NCBI RefSeq assembly: GCF_009914755.1
Contig: NC_060925.1
DNA: 64,000 nucleotides
Direction: 5' to 3' (one strand)
Source: the human T2T-CHM13v2.0 reference genome, Homo sapiens
Part shown: positions 1 to 10,456 of the stretch, in pieces
Position numbering within the stretch: the stretch's first letter is position 1
Layout: every line of letters begins with the position of its first letter
Notes under the pieces: model-generated
The model's database searches: none
Seen by the model: only the letters and a program-made list of their open reading frames with translations
Told to the model about the DNA's origin: nothing
Program-made: the position numbers and the translations under genes

Positions 1-1181
1 GATAACTGAGAGGTTCTACTTAGAAAACAACAGAGGGGTTCTCTTTTCCCTGAGGAAATGACTTTGAAATGAGACGGAATGAGACATTGTGGAAAGAGCC
101 AGGAAAAGAACATTGATGTAAAGGCCCAGAGGTAGGTATGAGCTTAATGGGTTCTAGGAAACAACAGATGGCCAGCGTGGCAAAAGAACCGAGAGAGAAG
201 GGAGAAAGGTACTGGGAGACATCGGGGAGCTGGAGAAGTAAGCAGGAGCGAAGTCATGAAGAGTCTTGAATGCCAAGTGTGGTCATTTTTGCATTCAGCA
301 CAGAGATGAGGCCCAGAAAGCCTCAGGAGAGGGAGAGGGTGGGGTGAAATTTAAAGGCCAAGGGAGGGCCACCAGAGACTCCTCCAGATTCCAAGGTCTG
401 CACCTCCTGCTATATAGAAAGCCAAGGACTAGAGTGGCTCACTCTCTTGGTCCACCCCAGGGTTTTATTGTGGGTTTGACAAAACTAACCAACTAAAACT
501 CCAACTAAAAGCGGAGTGGATTGGTTATTCAAACTTAGCTATAAATCTAGTAACTGCTTGTATTTACCTCATGTCACATAGTTTAACTGTCTCTATGGGT
601 GCCCCAGAGGACAGACACTATCTGTGGTTGAAATATGTCTCTCTCTGCAAACCATAATTCTAGGCCCTCCTAAGCTCAGGCCTTGCAAGAATCTCTACTG
701 CCCAACAAGTCCCTACAAGATGGCATTTAAAAGCAGTCCCTCACGCACTGCAAACCTTGAGTGATAATATGGAACTTATAGCAATGGGCATTCTATCCCC
801 ATCCTCTGACTTTAGGACAGGGACTAGAATCTAGCACAGAGCACTCAGTGGGTACTTAAAAATGTCTGTTCAATTGAATAATAGGAAGGAATAAATTCAA
901 CATCAGTGAGAGCTGCATGGGTAACAATGAGTGAATGAATGAAACCCTTTAGCCTCTCTCACTTGCCTGTCTTCTTATAGAAGGTTCAAACCTCTTCCAT
1001 CTTAAAAACAAACAAAAGACCACCTTGCTGGATCTCCAGCTCTTCCTTCTAGACTTCTCCTGGAAAACTTCTCTCTCAAATTCCTTTATAGACAGTTTCT
1101 TGGGTGTCTATACTTACCTTTTGTGGGAAATTTTACCCAATCCCATGACTATAAGTACAGTTTGTATTCTGATGCACAAAT

Positions 1182-1319
1182 CTGTATCTTCAGCCTCAAC
1201 CTTTGAACCTATGTTTCTGGTATCCATTAGACCTCTTCAACTGGATGTCAACAGGTACTTTTGGACATGTCAACTTGACATGTCCAAAACAGAACTTAGT
1301 ATCTTCCCCCTGAAATCTG
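1182..1319 (+). repeat. Donor copy of an exact 138-bp local duplication
   Basis: Base-for-base identical to 2975-3112. Confidence 0.97.
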
Positions 1320-1489
1320 CCTCCTGAGGTGTTCTCATGTCAGGGACTGTCACCTTCAATTATCCCCATTTTATCTGGGTTTTGCCCTTGACTCCCCATT
1401 CTCCTTTATCATACACATCCCACCAAATAGTAAGAATTTCTAGATTCTAAATCTCGTCTCTGAAATGTCAGTTGTCCTTGGATTCTTTC

Positions 1490-2501
1490 TGTAGGGGGCG
1501 TTGTCACCAAGGGTGGCCCCAAACTGTGTGAAGGATAGAGAGATCAGCCAGAAGCTCCTGGGAGCCTGAAGGGAAGGAGAGTCCAGTGGCCCAGCAGCGC
1601 TTGGTCCTTACTGTGAGCCTTCTCAGAAATTCTCTCTACAGCAGTGACTCATGGTGGTGAGACATGTCCCAAAGAGTTAAATAAACCAAAGACTAACAGA
1701 AATTCTTAGTTTTCAGGATGGCAGATAAGAAAAGAAACAACCTGTCAAAAAATACTGAAACTCCCTCCTCTTATGAGATGAAAGAACAGACTGAAATCAG
1801 TTGGAAACAAGATGCCCAACTGGAGCTTGCGCAGAGCGACCTTGCTGACATCACAGCCACCACATTTCATACCAACTCCTCCCGAATTTGCACATGCAAC
1901 CCATGAGTTAGCATGAAGACATAATTGTGCATGCCCAAGGAATTTCCCGACCTCCCTTTTCCTTCCACCGATCACCTACTTGCTAATCTCAGAATCCACC
2001 CCCTTGAGCCTTTTCTAGTAAAAATACTGCCTTAAAGCCAGCACAGGGAGACAGGTTTGGGCTTGACTCCTATCTCCTTGGGAGTCAACTCTCAATACAA
2101 AGCTTTTCTTTTCTCAAAAAAAGTCGATGTCATAGTATTGGCTTCCAACACATCGGGCAGCAAGCCCCTTTTGTTTTATAACAGTGGCACCTCTACCATC
2201 CCTCTTCACCTCCACCAGTGTAAGTTCTGGTCAGAAACTCATGGAGATGATGTCTTGGGAAAAGCATGAGGGAGTTCACAAATACTTTGGAGGAGGCAAA
2301 GGTAAATATGAGCAGCCCAGAAAAAAGAAAATCAAGATGAACAGAGAGAAAAGGACTAGGGATGAAGTGGCTCCCTGAGGATGACCCCAAGTGTGCAAGT
2401 GCTAAGATGGAAGTCCCATAGCATCTCCCGGCTAGGGTTTGTTATCCTGCAGATGAGATGGAGGTGGAGCACCAAAGTGAATGAGTGACTTCACAGTAAC
2501 A
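1490..2501. mobile_element. Old LTR-like insert (family unassigned) in L2, itself split by a younger LTR
   Basis: Starts TGTAGG and ends GTAACA, flanked by ctttc (1485-1489) / ccttc (2502-2506), a near 5-bp TSD; L2 sequence resumes immediately after. Confidence 0.4.
1658..2183 (+). mobile_element. Solo LTR (resembles LTR47/MER72-type elements)
   Basis: TG...CA termini, 4-bp TSD gtgg (1654-1657 / 2184-2187), 3' end caatacaaagcttttcttttctcaaaa...gccccttttg...taaca. Confidence 0.8.
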
Positions 2502-2617
2502 CCTTCTCTCTTTCTTCATCTCCCACATCTAATTCATCAACCCATCAGCAAACTACCTTTAAAACTAACCCCAAATCTGACCACTTCTCACTGCCTGTCC
2601 CACCACTACTGTTGTTT

Positions 2618-2721
2618 TATACATATATATATAGTTTTATACATATATAGGTGTGTATATATATAGATGTATATATATAGATGTATATATAGATGTATAT
2701 ATATAGATGTGTGTGTATATA

Positions 2722-2769
<48 letters not shown>

Positions 2770-2790
2770 AAGAGAGGCAGAGAGAGAGAG
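2618..2790. repeat. Compound (TA)n/(TG)n/(GA)n microsatellite
   Basis: Direct reading. Confidence 0.97.
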
Positions 2791-2974
2791 TCTGTTTGCC
2801 ACAGTAGAAACTAAGCTGCATTGGAATGGGACCTTGATCTTGTTCACTGCTTTATTCCCATTAGCCAGTGGGGGAAAATGGCTGCTGCATAGTTGAGGAT
2901 CAATAAAATTTTTACTAAATAAATGAATATAAATGGGTAGATTGATGGATGGTTGACTGAATGAACCAGAGAGA

Positions 2975-3112
2975 CTGTATCTTCAGCCTCAACCTTTGAA
3001 CCTATGTTTCTGGTATCCATTAGACCTCTTCAACTGGATGTCAACAGGTACTTTTGGACATGTCAACTTGACATGTCCAAAACAGAACTTAGTATCTTCC
3101 CCCTGAAATCTG
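2975..3112 (+). repeat. Inserted copy of an exact 138-bp local duplication
   Basis: Identical to 1182-1319, offset 1793 bp; gactg at both junctions. Confidence 0.97.
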
Positions 3113-3117
3113 ACTGA

Positions 3118-3490
3118 GTGTATATCAGTCAGAATTAGCTAGGTCATGCTACAATAACAAATAACTCCAGAGTCTTGATGACTTAAAACAACAAAGGTGC
3201 ATTTCTCATGAGATATCCATTGTGGATCACCAGGGAGGCCTTGCTCATTGCAGTCACTCAGGCACCCAGGATTATGGAGGCTTTATCTTGACTGACAGTG
3301 GCTTTCACCACAGCAGGGGAAAGAGAACAATCTTGCACTGGTTCTTAAAGCTACCTTCTGCAGGTATTACTTCCAGTCATGTAACTAGCTAAAGTAAGTC
3401 ATATGGGCATGCCTAAATACAAGGGAGCAGAAACGTGCCTGAAAGGGGAAGATAAGTGAGATCCCTGTGGACAACCTTATGATTACCACA
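3118..3490 (-). mobile_element. MLT1-group (old MaLR) solo LTR
   Basis: tatcagtcagaattagctaggtcatgctacaataacaaat...gacttaaaacaacaaagg...ttaccaca pattern typical of MLT1J/K/L. Confidence 0.7.
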
Positions 3491-4029
3491 GAGTGAGTGG
3501 GTCATATCCATGGAGAGGCATGTGTGCGATATGCAACTAGTGTCAATGATAGTGGAATGAATCTGCATGCAACTCCAGGGGAAATCAGTAAATGCTTACA
3601 AGAGTATGCTAGTCAGTTGTTCATATTCTCTCCCCCTCTTGCCTAACCCTTGCGTGGAATCTGTTCTCATTATCCAAGGCCTTTCCCTATGTCAATGCCA
3701 TTTTCAGAGTACTCTCTCTACCGAGGATAGACAGTCTGGGGCTCCACTGCACCTCAACACCACTGTCTTTTGACAGAAACCCTAAAACACTGGGCCTTGC
3801 TTTCATTAAAATAAAGCCCCTAGACTCCTGGAACTTGGTGATTTGACCACCTGCAAAGCAGACCAACAATTCTATTTCTTTCAATTTCCCCATTCCTTAT
3901 GTTAGCCAGTTTCCACTTTCCATTTGCTCTTTCTTCTTTTCTAAGGACTCCTGATATACTGTATTCCTGGCCTTCTCCTATCCCCATCCCACATACGTAC
4001 TCCAGCTCTGCTCTAAAAAAAGACACATG

Positions 4030-4205
4030 CATTATGGAAAGAACATGGGGTTGGGGTCAGACCTAAGCTCAAATCCTGACTGTACCACTTACTGACCATA
4101 TGACAGTTGGTTTTCTTGTCTTGTAAAATAGGGGCAAAAATGACAACCCACATGGATTACTGTGAGAGTTAAATGAGAAAATATATGTAAATCACACATA
4201 GTAAA
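4030..4205 (+). mobile_element. MIR SINE
   Basis: gtcagacct..aaatcctgac..ccacttact..tgtaaaataggg..gagttaaatgag core. Confidence 0.75.
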
Positions 4206-4904
4206 TTAAGACAGCTGTTTTTGCTGTGGTGATCTTATGGCCATGTGTCATATCTTCCCTACTAGACTAAAAAGTCCATGATGGCAAAGACCTAGATTCT
4301 TGCCAACACTGACTCCCCGGCCTCAGCAACTAGCACAGTGTCTGAAACCTCATAGGTGCTTAATAAATATTTGTCAATGAATATAAAGAGTTTTGTTAAT
4401 ATCAACTAAAGAAGATCCTGAGACAAGGCAGATAGCACAGACACACCAAACCAAAGCTGGATCTATCCTCTCTGAAACTGGCATCCAGTTGTCATCATTT
4501 TTATATATATCAAGAATTGCACACGTTATTAAAATCTCAAAAAGTGACTTCCCTCCCAAATGGCCTTCTGCTGCAATGAAATGACAAAGATCTGACATCT
4601 TTATCACACAATTACTAAAACATCCTTTTGAGTTGTCATTTTAAAATATTTGCCCAATTTAGCTGGAGTTTGAGTTTAATTATAGGAAGAAATGTGGGCT
4701 TGAGTTAGGTTACACTGGATTCGGGGAAGGGAAGAGCAGATAACTGGATCCCTCCCACTCACCGAAAGACTTCAGCTGGCCAAGACAACTCCCAAATAGG
4801 ACTAGACATGTCAAATAAAGCAAGAAACACAAAAGAAACTTGGAAACCTTGAAAAGAAAGACAAGGTCATGGAATAGGAGTTTAAGCAGGCCTCGCTGAA
4901 GCTT

Positions 4905-4945
4905 AAAATCCTTCACAAAAAAAAAAAAAAAAAAAAATCCTTCAC
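4905..4945 (+). mobile_element. Poly(A)-only retrotransposition scar with 12-bp TSD
   Basis: tt|aaaatccttcac + A17 + aaaatccttcac; TT/AAAA is the L1 endonuclease consensus. Confidence 0.75.
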
Positions 4946-5352
4946 TGTCCCTCCAGGGCCTCAGAACATAGGGCAAGATGCCTAGCCTGGAGTTCAAGCT
5001 TCCTGGGATCTTGCCACCCCTCCAATCTCTGCAACCCTTTCTCCTCCCTCTCCCAACTTCCCCCCATCACTATGAATCCCACTGGCCTATGGGCCTTGGA
5101 GTCTCTTCCAACTTCTTTCTTGACTGGGCCCACTTTTATTTCTTCTTCACAGTGGCCTAGACTGGGCAGTTCTAGTCCATCTGCCAACAAATACTTATTT
5201 GGGACTTCTTATGCACCCAGCATGGTTCTAGATGCTGGGGACAAAGCAGTTAACACAATAAAATAAAATTCCCTGGCCTTAAAAAGGAAACAGACAATAA
5301 GAATAACCACATTAAAAAAAAAACTATAGCCTTTTAGATGTTGACAATTTCT

Positions 5353-5396
5353 TACTAACTTAGATATTTTTTCTTTTTCTTTTAGGACTGGTAAGT
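5353..5396 (+). other. Consensus branch point, polypyrimidine tract and AG followed 5 nt later by GTAAGT (candidate microexon or exon start)
   Basis: TACTAAC 5353-5359, pyrimidine tract 5367-5383, AG 5384-5385, GACTG, GTAAGT 5391-5396. Confidence 0.45.
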
Positions 5397-6076
5397 GAAG
5401 GTAACAAAACAAAATTCGTGCTTGATTCAAGGTACAGTTTTTGAAACATCTTTCTTTGATCTTCTAAAAACTCAGGGCAACACCCAGAACCTTCCCTTAC
5501 TATTGTATTGACACCCATTAACTGGTATTTCTTGCACATTATATTGTCCTTCTGACTTGATAGGGAGCTACTTGGAGGCAGGGATGGAGTTTGATTCTCA
5601 TGAAGCCACTGGAGACTATCTGCTGAAAGAATGAGGGGGAGATTGTGCCAACTCTGAGCTGTCTGTCTAAAAAGGTCTTCTAGGGATAAAATCCCTAACA
5701 GCTGAGATGCCTGATGACTTTATAGCGTCTTGGAGAGAAGCATGGCTATTTCTCAAACCAACTCCATGGAAATAATTATTGCAAAACTCACCATCTAGTG
5801 AGAATCTTCTATTGCCAGGCACCATGCTGGGCCCTCAACATAGAATGTCTTTTTAGTAAGTAAAAAGTTCTCCTTGGTAATCCTCACAGTGCCAATAACT
5901 GTGAGAAGTACATGGAAATTACTAGCTGCTATCAATATTACTGTGTCTAAAACTACCGTTTTCCCCTGCATTAGAACAATCTGAACATTGTTAGGCAAAG
6001 ACATCTAAGCAATTTTAAAATTATTTGAGTCATGACAGAGAGACTCACAACTGAAATATTTACCTTTCAATTTCAG

Positions 6077-6221
6077 GTGAGGACGTTCCCGGAGATTGAA
6101 GATGTGACAAGTTCCCACATCGTGTGAGCATCAGAGAAAACTTCCCCTGACAAGTCACGTGCAGAGATAGGAACCGTTGATTAAGGAGAGGATTAATTTT
6201 ATCTCCCAAGTATTTCTACCG
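6077..6221 (+). other. Candidate non-coding exon beginning with a reconstituted donor (AG|GTGAG)
   Basis: cctttcaatttcag|gtgagg acceptor, accg|gtaaat donor, six CpGs, stops in all three frames. Confidence 0.35.
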
Positions 6222-6976
6222 GTAAATACTCTTAAATACATAGAATAGTGGGGCTGAAAGAGTCCTTCGAGGTCTCCTCCTTAGCTTCTTTGTCTTATGG
6301 ATGGGGAAACAGAGGCCCAGAGATCAGAATTGCATTCTAATTATTCAGCCCTCCTTCCACTCCCCCCTCCAATCCATCCTCCAACTAGAATTTATTGAAT
6401 GATTAAAGGAAAAAAAATGAAGGAGGCATTTGGTCTTGATTCGCCCATTCGTTTATTCAGAAAGTATTTATTGAATATCCACTATTTGCCAGGCACTCTT
6501 CTAGGCACAGGGAACAAAGCAGTAAACAAACCAGACAAAAATCCCTGCCTTCATGGAGCTCACATTCTAGAGAGAGGCAGTAGACTGCATAGATTGATGA
6601 ATGGTTATAAATGCTAGAAAGAAGAATAAAGCAAAAAGGAGGGCTAGATACATGGTTTAGCTCTGTGTCCCACCCAAATCTCATGTTGAATTGTAATTTC
6701 CAATGTTGGAAGAGAGACCTGGTGGGAGATGATTGAATCATGAGGGCATAGTTCCTCCTTGCTGTTCTCATGATAGTGAGTGAGTTATCATGAGATCTGG
6801 TTGTTTGAAAGTGCATAGCACTTCCACCTTCACTCTCTCCTCCTCCTGCTCCAACATGTGAAAATGCCCTCGCTTCCCCCTTACCTTGAACCATTATTGT
6901 AAATTTCCTGAGGCCTCTCAGCCAAGTTTCCTATACATCCTGCCAAACTGTGAGTCCATTAAACCTCTTTTCTTCA

Positions 6977-7654
<678 letters not shown>

Positions 7655-9998
7655 TCAGGTAGTTCTTTATAGCAGTGTGAGAATGGACTAATACAGAAAA
7701 TTGGTACCAGGAGTGGGATATTGCTATAAAGATACCTGAAAATGTGGAAGCAGCTTTGGTACTGGGTAATGGGCAGAGATTGGAACAGTCTGGAGGGCTC
7801 AGAAAAAGATAAGAACATGTGGAAAAGTTTGGAACTTCCTAGAGACTCATTGAATGGTTGTGACCAAAATGCTGATGATGACATGAACAATGAAGTTCAG
7901 GCTGAGGTGGTTTCAGGTGGAGATGAGGAACTTACTGAGAACTGGGAACTTACTGGGAACTTACTGGGAAGTAAAGTTCACTTTTGCTATGCTTTAGCGA
8001 AGAGACTGGTGGCACTGTGCCCCTGCTCTAGACATCTGTGGAGCTTTGAACTTGAGAGAGATGATTTAGGGTAGCTGGGGGAAGAAATTTCTAAGCAGCA
8101 AAGCATTCAAGATGTGACCTGGCTGCTTCTAAAAGCATATGGTCATTTACATAAACAAAAAAATAAACTGAAACTAGAACTTATATTTAAAAGGGAAGCA
8201 GATCATAAAAGTTTAGAAATTTGGCAGCTCAACCATGTGGTAGAAAAGAAAAACTCATTTTCTGGGGAGGAATTCAAGGCTGCAGAAATTTGCATAAGTG
8301 AAGAAGAGCTGAATGTTAATAGCCAAGACAATGGGGAAAATGCCTCCAGAGCATTTTACAGACCTTCACAGCAGCTCCTCCCATCACAGGCCAGGAGGCC
8401 TAGAAGGGAAAAATGGTTCTGTGGGCCAGGCCCAGGGCCCTGCTGCTCTGTGCAGCCTCAGGACATGCATGGCACCCTGCATCCCAAATGCTCCAGCTCA
8501 GCCATGGCTAAAAGGGGCCAAGATAAAGCTCAGGCCATTGCTTCAGAGGGTGCAAGCCTCAAGCCTTGGTGGCTTCCACATGGTGTTAGGCCTGTGGGTG
8601 TGCAAAAGGCAAGAGTTGAGGGTTGGAGTCCTCTGCCTAGATTTCAGAGGATGTATGGAAACGTCTGGATATCCAGGCAGAAGTCTGCTACAGGGTCAGA
8701 GCCCTCATGGAGAGAACTCTACTAGGGCAATGCAGAGGGGAAATACGGGGTTGGATCCCCCACACAGAGTCCCCACTGGAACACTGCCTAGAGGAGCTGT
8801 GAGAAGAGGGCCACCATTCTCCAGACCCCCAAATGGTAGATCCACTAACAGCTTGCACCATACGTCTAGAAAAGCCACAGGCACTCAATGCCAGGCCCTG
8901 AAAGCAGACACAGGGGATGTACCCTGCAGAGCCACAGAAGTGGAGCTGCCCAAGGCCTTGGGAGCCCACCCCTTGCATCTGCATGCCCTGGATGTGAGAC
9001 ATGGAGTCAAAGGAGATTATTTCAGAACTTTAAGATTTAATGACTACCCTGCTGGGTTTTGGACTTGCATGGGGCCTATAGCCCCTTTGTTTTGGCCAAT
9101 TTCTTCCTTTTGGAATGGAAGAATTTACCCAATGCCTGCACCCCCATTGTATCTTGTAAGTAACTGACTTGTTTTTGATTTTACAGGCTCATAGGTGGAA
9201 GGGAGTTGCCTTGTCTCAGATGAAACTTCCAAAGTCTCTTGGACTTTTGAGTTAACACTGGAATGAGTTAAGACTTTGGGGAACTGTTGGGAAGTCATGA
9301 TTGTATTTTGAAATGTAAGAAGGACATGAGATTTAGAAGGGCAGAAAGATATGGTTTGGCTCTCCGTCCCCACCCAAATATCATGTTGATTTGTAATCCC
9401 CAATGTTGGGGGAGGGACCTGGTGGGAGGTGATTGGATCATGGGGTTGGATTTCCCCCTTGCTGTCCTCATGATAGTAAGTTCTCATGAGATCTGGTTGT
9501 TTTAAAACACATAGCACTTTCCCCTGTTTGCTCTTTCTCTCTCCTGTCACCATGTGAAGATGTACTTGCTTCCCCTTTGCCCTTCCATCATGATTTTAAG
9601 TTTCCTGAGGCCTCCCAGCCATGCTTCCTGTACAGCATGCAGAACTGTGAGTACATTAACCCTCTTTTCTTCATAAATTACCCAGTCCCAGATAGTTCTT
9701 TATAGCCATGTGAGAATTGACTCATACAACCAGCGAAGGGGAAGTAGTTACAATTTTAATACGATGGTCGTAGAAGTCCTCTCACTTAGAAAGTGATGGA
9801 AGCAGGGAATGGAGCCATGTGGCTATCTAGTGAATAAAATCCAGACAGAGGGAATAGAAAATGTAAAGGCCTTGTGGGTCCAAATAGCAATGAGGAGGCC
9901 AATGTGGCTGGAGTGAGCAAGACGCGAGATGTTTGTTGGACATCATCCCAGAGAAATAATAGGGGCTGGGGAGGGGGGCACCATATCCTGAAAGTCCC

Positions 9999-10456
9999 TG
10001 TAGCATCAGTGGTTAGTTTCCTCTCATACTCCTCCTCCCCTTCTCTGTACTGCTTCCTTGCCCTCAGGCTTCTGGCTAGATTTGGCCAATAGGAGGCACT
10101 GTCAGCAGATTAGAGAGTGGGAAGGAAGAAAAACCAGGTCTCTCTTTTTCAAATGGTGTCTCTAGCAGGGGCCACATCTCTGGCTCTAGCTCCCAACAGA
10201 CAGACCTGCCATGTTTCCAGCTCCAGTGGGGCAGCTCCAGCTCTCAGACTCCAGTAACATGGACTCCTCTCTTTATTCCCACATGTCTTGGGAGAATTGG
10301 TGGGCCCTGCATTTGTTAAATTTGTGGTTACCCCACTTTCTCTTGGTTACTCTTTCAGCTCTTCTAGCATGTTTATAACTAATTCCCTACATTAAATAAT
10401 CTCTACTAAATTACCTGGTATGGATTGTGTTTCCCAGTTGGACTCTGACAGATAAA
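9999..10456 (+). mobile_element. ERVL solo LTR (LTR33-like)
   Basis: tgtagc start; ggcttctggctagatttggccaataggaggcactg; attaaa...tgtttcccagttggactctgacagata end; interrupts L2. Confidence 0.7.

Larger units (their letters stand above)
980..2965 (+). mobile_element. L2 LINE fossil, fragmented by nested LTRs and a microsatellite
   Basis: L2-like motifs (acatgtccaaaacagaact; ccacatctaattcatca; 3' end caataaaattt...aaatgaat) in collinear order around inserts at 1490-2501 and 2618-2790. Boundaries approximate. Confidence 0.7.

Noticed and set aside
7742-9167. ORFs of 110, 203 and 284 aa
   Set aside because: Lie within the MSTA internal region; frame-broken MaLR ORF remnants or off-frame readings, mirrored by the THE1 ORFs at 17290-18359.
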